NCBI GenBank assembly: GCA_965140585.1
Contig: OZ223265.1
Location: forward strand, 128,001 to 192,000
DNA length: 64,000 nt
Direction: 5' to 3'
Source: Spirochaetia bacterium
GTDB lineage: Bacteria > Spirochaetota > Spirochaetia > UBA9216
Below, one piece after another: positions 1 to 9,604 of the stretch. A program made the translations under genes and the position numbers. The notes under the pieces were generated by a model, which was given only the letters and a program-made list of their open reading frames with translations, was not told where the DNA came from and did no database searches. Each line of letters opens with the position of its first letter. Within the stretch, counting starts at the first letter, position 1.

Positions 1-7
1 CCATAAA

Positions 8-742
8 CTATTTAAAATCCGCCTTTAGATAAGCTTCCTCTTCTGAGCGGTTCTGGGGATGCAGAAAAACCGGAGATATTGAGATATAGCCATTTGCAAC
101 GGCATCGGCATCTGTTCCGGGTTCTGTGGTCTTATCAAGATCTCCTTTAAGAAAAAAATATGAACCGCCTCTGGGCGCGTCAAATCGCATCAGACTGTCA
201 CGGTAATTTCTTCTGGAAGGGCTGGTAACCTTTACTCCGCTGTAGGGCGTACTCTGGTTTGGACCGTTAATATTAATAAAATGATCGGGATGCCATAGCT
301 TTGTTATCAGTTCCAGGTTTCCAGCAACAAAATCAGCCAGGCCCTTGAAATAAAACGGCTCAAAAAAAGTATCAACAGAAACGGCTATACCGGGTATTCC
401 CATTAATGCAGCCTGTCTGGCAGCGGCAGCAGTACCTGAAAAAATCAGATCGGTCCCCAGATTTGCGCCTAAATTTATACCAGAGACCACTATATCCGGC
501 TTGACAGGTATGGCTCCAAGTGATGAGTACATCACACAGTCTGCCGGACTTCCGTCACAGGCAAATTCTCTTTCCCCATGCGGTTCAAAGCAAACCGGTT
601 TTCTGAATGTTATGGAATGAGACTGGCCGCTCTGTTCTTTATCAGGAGCAACGACCCAGACTTCATGCTCTGCAAAGGCATCTTTCAGGGCTTTCAGCCC
701 CGGACTTTTAATACCATCGTCATTTGTAATAAGTATACGCAT
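8..742 (-). CDS. surE: 5'/3'-nucleotidase SurE
   Basis: N-terminal ILITNDDG plus GSPADC and SGINLGANLG...SGT motifs of SurE. Confidence 0.95.
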   Translation of the reverse strand: MRILITNDDGIKSPGLKALKDAFAEHEVWVVAPDKEQSGQSHSITFRKPVCFEPHGEREFACDGSPADCVMYSSLGAIPVKPDIVVSGINLGANLGTDLIFSGTAAAARQAALMGIPGIAVSVDTFFEPFYFKGLADFVAGNLELITKLWHPDHFININGPNQSTPYSGVKVTSPSRRNYRDSLMRFDAPRGGSYFFLKGDLDKTTEPGTDADAVANGYISISPVFLHPQNRSEEEAYLKADFK

Positions 743-749
743 TATTTCC

Positions 750-1910
750 TCAATCGCCGGGAAATAGAATCTTTACGCCTCCGGAAGGTTCGCATACAAA
801 GATCTCCGGCGTGAATCCGAATATATGCTCATATTCTTGCAGTCTTTCAATGTAATTGTCAAGGAGTCTTGTTTCAAGAAGTGTAACAGTACAGCCGCCG
901 AATCCGCCCCCGGTCATTCTGGAACCAAGGACCCCTTCCATTTCCTGGGAGCGTTTTACCAGCCAGTCAATTTCAGGGCAGGAAACTTCATAATTATCTC
1001 TCAGGCTCTCGTGTGATCGGTTCATCATACGCCCGAAAATATCATAACTTCCTGAGATTATTGTATCTTTAGCTTCAATGGCACGCTGGGTTTCTCCGAT
1101 CACATGCGTGCATATCCGCCTGATACCTTCAGGCAGAAGCCCAAGACCGCCGGTAATATCCTCCATCGAGTAGTCGCGAAGGCTTTTACCGGGCTTTTTT
1201 CTGTTCAGGTAATCAACACATTCAACACATTGCTGTTTTCTTTCCTGAAGCTCCGCTTCACGGACTGAATCGGTACCCGGAACATTTGAATTAATTATTA
1301 CAAAACTCAAATCAGGCATTTTCAGAGGCAGATATTCAAAATCAAGGGTACGCAGGTCAAGATAAACAGCCTTACCGCTCTTTGATATCGTAGAAATAAA
1401 CTGATCTGTCAGCTCAGTATTCCGTCCGATAAAGGTTGATTCGGAATAGGAAGCGGCCTGTATAAGCTGGCTGTCGGACAATTCCAGTTTAAACAGCTTG
1501 CTTACAGCAGCAGCAAATGCAACTTCCATCGCAGCCGATGCTCCCAGACCGATACCGGGTATAATATCTCCTGAGATCGTTACATCGAGGCCTTTAACAG
1601 GGTAACCCATATTCACAAGCTCAAAAAGCACACCCTTCGGGTAATTCGCCCAGCGGTCTTCTCTTTTATATTTAAGGTTGGGAATAGTTGTACGTTTTCT
1701 TTCTTCTGTATCGGAAAGATAAAACCTCAGAGAGTTGTCTTTACGGGGAGAAACCGCGACAATAGTGCTGCGGTTGATGGCAATTTGAATAACACAGCCC
1801 TCATTGTAATCTGTGTGCTCACCCATCAAATTCAGTATGCCGGGAGCCGAAGCTATAACAGCAGGCTTTGAGTTGTATTCTTTAGTATGGGCGGCAATTA
1901 TTCTGTCCAT
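750..1910 (-). CDS. galK: Galactokinase (GHMP kinase)
   Basis: NLMGEHTDYNEG signature, PGIGLGASAA ATP loop, GSRMTGGGFGG. Confidence 0.93.
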   Translation of the reverse strand: MDRIIAAHTKEYNSKPAVIASAPGILNLMGEHTDYNEGCVIQIAINRSTIVAVSPRKDNSLRFYLSDTEERKRTTIPNLKYKREDRWANYPKGVLFELVNMGYPVKGLDVTISGDIIPGIGLGASAAMEVAFAAAVSKLFKLELSDSQLIQAASYSESTFIGRNTELTDQFISTISKSGKAVYLDLRTLDFEYLPLKMPDLSFVIINSNVPGTDSVREAELQERKQQCVECVDYLNRKKPGKSLRDYSMEDITGGLGLLPEGIRRICTHVIGETQRAIEAKDTIISGSYDIFGRMMNRSHESLRDNYEVSCPEIDWLVKRSQEMEGVLGSRMTGGGFGGCTVTLLETRLLDNYIERLQEYEHIFGFTPEIFVCEPSGGVKILFPGD

Positions 1911-2023
1911 CCAGCTTTATATTAAAAGAAATAGCAAATATTTGCAAATAAATTAATTAAAAAAGCCTGATTAGAAATGTTTAACACAGATGAGAATAAT
2001 TAAGAATTATTTTGATTATCAGC

Positions 2024-2056
2024 AAAAAAAGGGCTGACTTTTTATCAGTCAGCCCT
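2024..2056 (-). terminator. Intrinsic terminator of rho-rpmE
   Basis: AGGGCTGACT/AGTCAGCCCT inverted repeat followed by a T-run on the minus strand. Confidence 0.85.
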
Positions 2057-2076
2057 GAAATTCATAATAAAATGAC

Positions 2077-2286
2077 TTATTTTTCAGTCTTAATACCGTA
2101 TTTTCTGTTGAATCTTTCAACACGGCCGGCGGTATCAACAAGCTTCTGCTTTCCAGTAAAGAAAGGATGGCACTGAGAACAAATTTCCACTTCAATATCT
2201 TTAACTGTGGCTCTTGTGTTGATCACATTACCGCATGCACATTTAATCTCTGTCATTTCATAGTTAGGATGAATGTCTTTTTTCAT
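2077..2286 (-). CDS. rpmE: 50S ribosomal protein L31 (Zn-binding type)
   Basis: MKKDIHPNY...CACG...[10 protein letters not shown]; GGAGG upstream supports the start at 2286. Confidence 0.97.
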   Translation of the reverse strand: MKKDIHPNYEMTEIKCACGNVINTRATVKDIEVEICSQCHPFFTGKQKLVDTAGRVERFNRKYGIKTEK

Positions 2287-2312
2287 TTCACGGACCTCCA
2301 TATTGCCTTCGT

Positions 2313-4025
2313 CTATATATCTGAACTTACACCTGTAGTGTTCATTGATCTAAGGAAAGCCTCATTATTCTTGGTTTTTCGCATTTTGTCAATTAACAGC
2401 TCGGTAATTTCGATATCATCCATCGGATTTATTACCTTCCTGAGTACCCAGAGTTTACTCAGTTCCTCTTCCAGAAGTAGAAGATCTTCCTTTCTCGTTC
2501 CCGACTTCTTGATATTGATAGCAGGATAAAGACGTCTGTCCGACATCCTTCGGTCTAGGTTAATCTCCATATTACCGGTACCCTTGAATTCCTCAAAGAT
2601 AACTTCATCCATCCTGCTTCCTGTATCAATAAGTGCAGTTGCAACAATGGTAAGGCTTCCGCCTTGCTCCACGTTTCTTGCAGCACCAAAGAATCTTTTC
2701 GGTTTGTGGAGTGCATTTGAGTCAACACCGCCCGATAGAATCTTTCCTGATGTAGGAACAGTCTGGTTATATGCTCTTGCAAGCCTTGTAATAGAGTCAA
2801 GAAGGATAACTACATCCTTTTTATGCTCTACAAGCCTTTTGGCCTTTTCAAGGACCATCTCGGCTACCTGAACATGTCTTGTAGCCTGTTCATCGAAGGT
2901 TGAGGCAATAACCTCGCCTTTAACATTACGTCTCATATCTGTAACTTCCTCAGGCCTCTCATCGATGAGCAGGACCATCAGAAATACTTCAGGATGATTG
3001 GTAGTAATAGCATTAGCTATCTGCTGAAGCAGAACGGTTTTACCGGTTCTTGGCGGAGAAACTATAAGACCGCGCTGTCCTTTACCGATCGGACAGAACA
3101 GGTTTATCATTCTGGTAGCCATACCTTCAGTTTTTGTCTCCATATTGAGCCTGACTTCAGGATAGAGAGGAGTTAAATTATCGAAGGGTATTCTTGTTTG
3201 AGCCTCAACAGGATCGTTAAAGTTAACCTTTTCAACCCTGAGCATCGCAAAGAAACGCTCGCCTTCCTTCGGAGGCCTTATCTGTCCGCCGACCGTATCA
3301 CCTGTTCTAAGATTAAATAGACGTATCTGAGACGGTGATATATATATATCATCTGAACCTGGAAGATAAGAGTTCTGAGGAGACCTCAGGAATCCATACC
3401 CGTCAGGAAGTATTTCAAGTGAACCGTAGGCATGAATCTGACCGCCGCCGACTGTGTGAGCCTTGAGCACAGAGAAAATAATTTCCTGCTTTTTCATGGA
3501 CATCAGCTCTTCGCTGGTAATCTGATAGGATATTGCCAGATCCCTCAGTTCCCTCATATTCATGTTTGTAAGGTCATTTATACTCAGCTTCTCACCATCG
3601 CCGAGCGGTTCATCATTACTATTCTTGGTTCTTACATAACTTTTTCTGTTTTTGCGATCTACCGGTCGTCTTGAACCAATATTCTCTGGAGCCTCTCTCT
3701 TTACAGACTCCTTTTTTTCTGTATCTGTATCTGTATCACAGTCAGCAGAATCATCAGCCTTAACTATCTCGACCCTCACCTTTTTCTTCTTGACAGCTCT
3801 TTTTTTAGGAGCATCAGACTCCTGGATGGGTGATTCTGTAGACCCAGTTTCTGCCTCAGCTTCAGTATTTTCCCCTTTTTTAGCTGTTTCGGTCACAGCT
3901 TCAGTGCCTGATGCAGTCTCTGCTCCTGACTCAACAAGATTGAGCTCCTGTTGGTTTTCTTCTGAAGCACCGGCTTCTGTATCAATAACTTCGACAGCAG
4001 CCTGCTTCTTTCGAATTATCGCCAT
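2313..4025 (-). CDS. rho: Transcription termination factor Rho with low-complexity N-terminal extension
   Basis: [46 protein letters not shown]. Confidence 0.98.
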   Translation of the reverse strand: MAIIRKKQAAVEVIDTEAGASEENQQELNLVESGAETASGTEAVTETAKKGENTEAEAETGSTESPIQESDAPKKRAVKKKKVRVEIVKADDSADCDTDTDTEKKESVKREAPENIGSRRPVDRKNRKSYVRTKNSNDEPLGDGEKLSINDLTNMNMRELRDLAISYQITSEELMSMKKQEIIFSVLKAHTVGGGQIHAYGSLEILPDGYGFLRSPQNSYLPGSDDIYISPSQIRLFNLRTGDTVGGQIRPPKEGERFFAMLRVEKVNFNDPVEAQTRIPFDNLTPLYPEVRLNMETKTEGMATRMINLFCPIGKGQRGLIVSPPRTGKTVLLQQIANAITTNHPEVFLMVLLIDERPEEVTDMRRNVKGEVIASTFDEQATRHVQVAEMVLEKAKRLVEHKKDVVILLDSITRLARAYNQTVPTSGKILSGGVDSNALHKPKRFFGAARNVEQGGSLTIVATALIDTGSRMDEVIFEEFKGTGNMEINLDRRMSDRRLYPAINIKKSGTRKEDLLLLEEELSKLWVLRKVINPMDDIEITELLIDKMRKTKNNEAFLRSMNTTGVSSDI

Positions 4026-4121
4026 AAAATCTCCAGTAAGATTATTTTCTATACGAATTGTTCTATAGTATTATTTTAAAAACCATGCGGGTAATCGAAA
4101 AAAGAATTTTACGATGCCTAC

Positions 4122-4150
4122 AATATAGTTATTCAACAAAGGGCTGTCAA
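4122..4150 (-). promoter_or_regulatory. Putative sigma70 promoter of rho
   Basis: TTGACA-17 bp-TATATT on the minus strand, about 95 bp upstream of rho. Confidence 0.6.
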
Positions 4151-4170
4151 GTATTAAAATACCAAAGGTT

Positions 4171-4584
4171 TCAGACGTTCTGTACGATTTCTTTGAGTTT
4201 TTCAACCCTGGCTGAAAAGACATCAACAGATTCAGGGTTCCTGATCATGCTGCATTTCCCCTCAAACTTTACTCCGTCGGAGATTTTCAGCCGTGAAGTT
4301 TTAAGATTGCCTTTAACCTTGCCTTCAGCTAGTATTTCAATTCTTTCCTCAGCAGTAATATCGCCATTGACAGTCCCGCTGATAATTACCGTTTTAGCCT
4401 TGATGTCAGCGGTAACCGTTGCATCAGTGTCTATATACAGGATGCTTTCGGATTCAATCTCACCATTAAATTTTCCATTTATCTTTAAAGGTTTGCTGAA
4501 TCTGAGTATTCCGTTAAAATCAGTTCCGTTCTTTAATACTGTATTTACTTTATCAAATCTGTAAAATTCTGCTTTTCTGTTCAT
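4171..4584 (-). CDS. Bactofilin (polymer-forming cytoskeletal protein)
   Basis: Beta-helix pattern LKINGKFNGEI...ISGTVNGDITA...FEGKC; ATG at 4584 avoids overlap with the upstream gene. Confidence 0.88.
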   Translation of the reverse strand: MNRKAEFYRFDKVNTVLKNGTDFNGILRFSKPLKINGKFNGEIESESILYIDTDATVTADIKAKTVIISGTVNGDITAEERIEILAEGKVKGNLKTSRLKISDGVKFEGKCSMIRNPESVDVFSARVEKLKEIVQNV

Positions 4585-4601
4585 ATCTTCCGGCTGTTTA
4601 G

Positions 4602-4823
4602 TTATTTTGTAGTCATCACAAATACCCCATCCCAGTCCTCGGGCGGAGGAGATGTGATATAGTGTTTGCATCTGGCAAGATAAACTTTAGAGGGACCATC
4701 CTCTTTATCAATCTGTAGTGCTTTTAAAAAATAGTCCTTTGCTTTTTCAAAGTCCATAAGTTTATAACATTTTCTTCCTTCAGAAAAAAGTAATAATACC
4801 TGTTTTTTTTCTTCTGTAATCAA
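4602..4823 (-). CDS. Small TPR protein resembling the C-terminal tail of class III adenylate cyclases
   Basis: One TPR (FEKAKDYFLKALQID) plus DGPSxxYxxRC...PPPEDWDGV; 4-nt overlap with the upstream gene. Confidence 0.75.
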   Translation of the reverse strand: MITEEKKQVLLLFSEGRKCYKLMDFEKAKDYFLKALQIDKEDGPSKVYLARCKHYITSPPPEDWDGVFVMTTK

Positions 4824-5557
4824 ACCGGGTCCTCTTTATTAAAATCCTCTTCGCCCAGAGCGCGAAAATGCCTGCTGAATTTCTCTTCAAGATCCTTCAT
4901 CGACTGACCACTGAAAAAGCTGTCGGAATTTTCTTCAAATTCATTTATTTCATCTTCAAGAGCATCAACAGCAGCAATCACTTCCCTGCTCTCACTCTTA
5001 ATTTTCTCTATAATATTTTTTACTGCATTACCGTCGTTCAGATCAAGCTCGGTACATTCAGTTGCAAGCTCCTGCATGGGCTTTTTCAGATGAACCGTGA
5101 AATACTTCAGTGATTCATTAAGAGACTCAAGGACTGAAAGCCTTTTCTCCCGGGCAATAACCTGCCTGGACAGCTCCCTGGTCTTCAATACTGCACGAAT
5201 CCTGGCCAAAACTTCTGAGAAGTTAAAAGGTTCTGTAATATAGTCTTCTACACCAAGCTCAAACCCCTCAACCTTATCTTTAACACTATCCATTGCCGAC
5301 AGCATTATGATAGGAATATCACGATATTCAGCATATTCATCGCTGGTTTTCAGAAGGCTGGTCACCTTCCACCCTGAAAGACCGGGCATAATATTATCAA
5401 GGATAACAAGATCGGGCTCAAAAGTTTTAACTTTCTCAAGAGTCTCATACCCGTCAGAAGCCTTCGCAACATCAAAACCAAGGCGGCTTAACGTTACATC
5501 AAAAAACTCTAAATTTACGGGTTCATCATCTGCAATAAGTATTCTAGTTTTTTCCAT
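4820..5557 (-). CDS. Response regulator (REC plus helical C-terminal domain)
   Basis: ILIADDE, PDLVILDNIMP, IPIIMLSA, DYITEPF. Confidence 0.88.
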   Translation of the reverse strand: MEKTRILIADDEPVNLEFFDVTLSRLGFDVAKASDGYETLEKVKTFEPDLVILDNIMPGLSGWKVTSLLKTSDEYAEYRDIPIIMLSAMDSVKDKVEGFELGVEDYITEPFNFSEVLARIRAVLKTRELSRQVIAREKRLSVLESLNESLKYFTVHLKKPMQELATECTELDLNDGNAVKNIIEKIKSESREVIAAVDALEDEINEFEENSDSFFSGQSMKDLEEKFSRHFRALGEEDFNKEDPV

Positions 5558-5577
5558 CTAAATTAATAATGATACAC

Positions 5578-7209
5578 TTATTGATGATTGTCAAATCTAT
5601 TTTGCAGAGCATACCGTCTAATTCGGAATACCGTACCTGCAAGAAGTGCAGTTATAGTTAGAATCACAGTCAGAACTGCAAACCAATCGCCCCAGGCCAG
5701 ATAGAGGGTGTTAAGCTCATCAAAAACAGGGACCGAGGCTATCATATAATTCTCCTCGAAAGGTCTGATGATATTGGTTATTTCCCCGTCCGGTTCAATT
5801 GTACATGTAATCCCGGCATTGGTTCCACGCACGACAGTTCTACGGGTCTCAACAGCCCTGAAAACGGCCATAGCCATATGCTGCATTTCTGCAGGAATAG
5901 AACCCGACCACGAATCATTAGTCAGATTGACTATCATCTGAGCACCGTTATTAACAAACTCTCTTGAAAGGTATCCGAAGACATCCTCAAAACAGATAGG
6001 TGTACTGAATTTAACTCCGGCAGCATCGAAAACAGTATATTCCGTTCCTTTCTTCCAGAAATGAAAATCATGGTCCCTCAAGGCCTGATAAAATCTGGGC
6101 ATCTGTTTCTGATATGGAAAATTCTCAGTAAAGGGCACTAAATGAGTTTTTCTGTATGTAGCCTGAAGATCTCCGTCATAAAGAAGAACTGCGTTATAAT
6201 CAACCCTCTTCAAATCACCATTTTCATCGGGTTCCAACTGCCCGTCATCGTTGCCTATGACGTAAGGAATATCCTGTGTAGCAAAAAATTCCTTGAGCTC
6301 TTTTACAAGTCTGTACTTTTCAGGTTCTGTTCGATATCGGCTATGGTAATCAATCCCCGGAACAAAAGCAGTTTCAGACCAGACCATCATCTCAATTGAA
6401 GGATCTTCCGCAAGAGCCTTCTTACTGAGTTCTATCATCTTGTTCATATTGTTTTCGTAGGTTTTAACACCGCCCTTCCAGGTGTCTGCATTATGCTGCA
6501 CAAAACCAAGTTTTATCTGACGGGAGTCTGAAAAATCTTTCGGAGTAAAAAGCCCGAAAATCAGGACAGCAATAAAAAGTGCTGCGTATGCATAGATAAA
6601 AACTCGCTGTTTTTTAACATTACTTACAAATTCACCGAAACCGTCTCTCAAAGCATTTCCCAGAAATACTGAAGGCAGAACAACCATAAGGGAAACAAAC
6701 CAAAAACCGGTTATTGATGAAATCTGTATAAACGGTCTGAATAGATACTGTGAATATCCGAGATTTCCATAGGGATATCCGAGAAATCCAAGTGTTCTGA
6801 AATATTCATATGCAAGCCAGACGCCGGCCTGAACAATAAAACCCCATTTTGGAAATAATGTACCTGCAAGCTTAAGAACCGGAAACAGAACGAGAAAATA
6901 TGCGGCATATATGACCGGAACTATGACTATTGCAAGCGGATGGAAGGTGGACAGCCAGTAATTGAACAGGACATAGCAGATATACCCGTAAAATATTCCG
7001 TAAAAAACGGTGCGCATCCACCCTGCATTATGAATAACTATAAATATGGGGGTTAAACAAATAAAAGCAACAGGGAAAAACCCCCATTCATTAAGAAGGT
7101 TGGGAAACGATAATGCGAAAAGAACCGCAGAAAATACTAAAAGCCCGATCTCCTTCAGAAGAACCGGTATCGAGAGCTTTTTTTCTGCCGTCAATGTCAA
7201 ATCATTCAT
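5578..7209 (-). CDS. lnt: Apolipoprotein N-acyltransferase
   Basis: Multi-TM N-terminus; WSETA, YRKTHLVPFTE and ICFE nitrilase-fold triad motifs. Confidence 0.95.
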   Translation of the reverse strand: MNDLTLTAEKKLSIPVLLKEIGLLVFSAVLFALSFPNLLNEWGFFPVAFICLTPIFIVIHNAGWMRTVFYGIFYGYICYVLFNYWLSTFHPLAIVIVPVIYAAYFLVLFPVLKLAGTLFPKWGFIVQAGVWLAYEYFRTLGFLGYPYGNLGYSQYLFRPFIQISSITGFWFVSLMVVLPSVFLGNALRDGFGEFVSNVKKQRVFIYAYAALFIAVLIFGLFTPKDFSDSRQIKLGFVQHNADTWKGGVKTYENNMNKMIELSKKALAEDPSIEMMVWSETAFVPGIDYHSRYRTEPEKYRLVKELKEFFATQDIPYVIGNDDGQLEPDENGDLKRVDYNAVLLYDGDLQATYRKTHLVPFTENFPYQKQMPRFYQALRDHDFHFWKKGTEYTVFDAAGVKFSTPICFEDVFGYLSREFVNNGAQMIVNLTNDSWSGSIPAEMQHMAMAVFRAVETRRTVVRGTNAGITCTIEPDGEITNIIRPFEENYMIASVPVFDELNTLYLAWGDWFAVLTVILTITALLAGTVFRIRRYALQNRFDNHQ

Positions 7210-7507
7210 TTCTAAGAGGCCAGGCCAGAGTCTTCAGTTCTTTACCGGGTCTGAAAACAGCTACACCATGAGCTTTTACCGGAACAATTTCCCCGGTTTT
7301 AGGGTTTCTGGCCTTCTCACGGCCTTTTCTTGTACGGATTTCAAAAGTACCGAAACCACGAAGTTCGACTATTTTATCCTCTTCAAGAGCATTTTTCAGT
7401 TCATCGAACATGGCATCAATTACCGCATGAACATCCTTACGGTTCAACTCTACCCTTTCATGAATATTTTCGATTATTTCAGCTTTTGTGAGTTTGATTT
7501 GGCTCAC
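7202..7507 (-). CDS. hup: HU/IHF-family DNA-binding protein
   Basis: TKAEI...VELRGFGTF...ARNPKTGE...FRPGKELK; GTG start with AGGGG upstream. Confidence 0.9.
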   Translation of the reverse strand: MSQIKLTKAEIIENIHERVELNRKDVHAVIDAMFDELKNALEEDKIVELRGFGTFEIRTRKGREKARNPKTGEIVPVKAHGVAVFRPGKELKTLAWPLRNE

Positions 7508-7544
7508 AAGCAATCCCCTGTTATTAAAATCTTCGTTTTGCGAA

Positions 7545-7814
7545 TTATTCCGCAGCGATTGAATTCAGAAGCTTATGCATTCTGGATTTCTTTCTTGCAA
7601 CCATATTCTTATGGTAAATACCCTTTCCTGCAGCAGTATCCATGAGCTTTGTCATCTCAAGAAATTTTGCTTCTGCTGCCGGTTTATCACCTGATTTTAC
7701 TGCAAGAATGAAGTTTTTTGTAACAGTTCTTACGGTGCTTTTAGCAACCCTGTTTTTCATTCTTCTTTTTTCACTTTGTCTATAGCGTTTTGCCGCTGAA
7801 TCTTTTCCTGGCAA
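7545..7814 (-). CDS. rpsT: 30S ribosomal protein S20
   Basis: SAAKRYRQSEKRR...KGIYHKNMVARKKSR. Confidence 0.95.
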   Translation of the reverse strand: MPGKDSAAKRYRQSEKRRMKNRVAKSTVRTVTKNFILAVKSGDKPAAEAKFLEMTKLMDTAAGKGIYHKNMVARKKSRMHKLLNSIAAE

Positions 7815-7852
7815 TTTAATCCTCCGATAATTTCTATATCTAACGGTGTGAT

Positions 7853-7881
7853 AAATTAGCAGATAAATCCTTTATAGTCAA
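7853..7881 (-). promoter_or_regulatory. Putative sigma70 promoter of rpsT-hup-lnt
   Basis: TTGACT-17 bp-TAATTT. Confidence 0.55.
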
Positions 7882-7932
7882 GTATATATCTTTGATTATA
7901 CTAAGCGGATATCTGCTTAAAAACACGATAAT

Positions 7933-7971
7933 AAAATAAAAAGGCTGTCATTCAGTATAATGAAGACAGCC
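7933..7971 (-). terminator. Intrinsic terminator after the small Zn-ribbon ORF
   Basis: GGCTGTC...GACAGCC stem followed by TTTTTATTTT on the minus strand. Confidence 0.7.
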
Positions 7972-7995
7972 CCGGCTAAATACAGTTAAAAGTGA

Positions 7996-8166
7996 TTATT
8001 TGAAGTCGCTGGGTCTTCTTTCTCTTCTGCTGCATTTTTCACATACTGCGACATTTTTGAGTTTACCATTCTGGAAAACTGCTCTCATCTTAACATCTCC
8101 ACCACATGGACATGTGTGTTTATGTGTACCAGAGCCAACACGCGCATTCTTACTGACCTGTGCCAT
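7996..8166 (-). CDS. Small basic Zn-ribbon protein (56 aa), absent from the ORF track
   Basis: Manual translation MAQVSKNARVGSGTHKHTCPCGGDVKMRAVFQNGKLKNVAVCEKCSRRERRPSDFK; TAAGGAG SD; downstream terminator. Confidence 0.85.
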   Translation of the reverse strand: MAQVSKNARVGSGTHKHTCPCGGDVKMRAVFQNGKLKNVAVCEKCSRRERRPSDFK

Positions 8167-8232
8167 TTGATACTCCTTATGTAATTTTATGCCTGTTCCG
8201 AAGCTTTAATCTAACAAAAAACTTTATGAAAG

Positions 8233-9093
8233 TCAATCTTCAAGACTGCCTGTAAATTCCCATGGACCGTTTTCTGCTTTTCTGGCAAATTTATCTGCCG
8301 GAACTTCAGCTTTTCGTCCGTCATCACCATATAATGTTATTTTCATTGACTGAATATTCACTTCTGTCACCTTAAAAACTGTTTTACCAATTATAATTTT
8401 GTTTCCTTCAGATGGAAGCTTTCTTTTTTCTTCTTTATAAAAATCATATTCATATGACAGACAGCATAAAAGCCTTCCGCAAGGGCCGGAGATTTTCATT
8501 GAATTAAGCGAAAGATTCTGCTCTTTAGCCATTTTAATAGATACAGACTGAAGCCTGTCGGTAATATTATGACAGCAGTACTGCCTTCCGCAAACAGCTA
8601 CTCCACCAAGAACCCTGGACTCATCCCTCACACCAATCTGTCGAAGCTCTATCCGCATCTTGAATATTGAAACAAGATCTTTTACAAGCTCTCTAAAATC
8701 AACACGGGCATCAGCTGTAAAAAAGAACAGAATCTTGGATTCCTCAGGAAGATAGTGCGCAGAGACAAGCTTCATATCAAGGCTATGCGCTAAAACCTTT
8801 TCACGGCATATCTTAACAGCCTCTTTTTCCTTGGCCAGATTGGCCTCATACTGTGACATGTCATCTTCAGTAGCTATCCTGATAAAGTTCTGAAATTCAC
8901 CCTCATGCTTCTCTTCGGGTCTGCATTTCAGCTGCCCCATCACTTTGGCAATATCTTTGCCGTAACGGCTGCTAATAACTGAAAAACTACCGTTTTCCAG
9001 TTCCTGCCCCACCTCACAAAGATGAGTCTCGCTTGAATGCAGCATTTTAAATCTATAAATATGTTTAACAGCTGTTGAACTGTTACCTTCCAT
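8233..9093 (-). CDS. ricT: PSP1/RicT (YaaT) family Fe-S protein
   Basis: RVDFRELVKDL, RIELRQIGVRDE, CGRQYCC and CGRLLCCL motifs. Confidence 0.92.
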   Translation of the reverse strand: MEGNSSTAVKHIYRFKMLHSSETHLCEVGQELENGSFSVISSRYGKDIAKVMGQLKCRPEEKHEGEFQNFIRIATEDDMSQYEANLAKEKEAVKICREKVLAHSLDMKLVSAHYLPEESKILFFFTADARVDFRELVKDLVSIFKMRIELRQIGVRDESRVLGGVAVCGRQYCCHNITDRLQSVSIKMAKEQNLSLNSMKISGPCGRLLCCLSYEYDFYKEEKRKLPSEGNKIIIGKTVFKVTEVNIQSMKITLYGDDGRKAEVPADKFARKAENGPWEFTGSLED

Positions 9094-9106
9094 AATAAAA
9101 GTACTC

Positions 9107-9604
9107 CTATCTGGTCATGTCTATTAACAGACCATTTATCTCTTCAACCTTGGCAAGAAGATCCAGCTGTTTAAGTTGATTCTGAAGTATTCCACTTGCA
9201 AGTTTTTCAAGTTTATCATCAATCACACGAATAAGGGTATACCTTTTCTGCTTATTAGCTGGTTTATATTTACTGAATTTGACACCATCAATTGATTCAA
9301 CAGAAAGTGACTGCTGTGTAATATAATGGATAAAGTTTCTAACTGATTTTTTATAGGCCATAACAGCAGACAATGACATTTCTTCAAGAAGCCGTTCCCC
9401 ATTCTGATGCACATCATCAAGAAGGTCTTCAAGATCTGCATCTTCATCGAATCCCTCAACCCCCTTAACTGCATTTGCAGTTAAAGTTTCAGACTCAACC
9501 AGACTCTTAAAAACAAGGGGAGATTCCTTTCCTTTCTTTACCTTATTATTACCGCTGCCTTTACTTGATAGTGAGCCCCCGGAAGGGAAATCTATCTTTT
9601 CCAT
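9107..9604 (-). CDS. YaaR/DUF327-family protein
   Basis: GERL...YKKSVRNF...IDDKLEKLA...EINGLLID pattern. Confidence 0.8.
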   Translation of the reverse strand: MEKIDFPSGGSLSSKGSGNNKVKKGKESPLVFKSLVESETLTANAVKGVEGFDEDADLEDLLDDVHQNGERLLEEMSLSAVMAYKKSVRNFIHYITQQSLSVESIDGVKFSKYKPANKQKRYTLIRVIDDKLEKLASGILQNQLKQLDLLAKVEEINGLLIDMTR

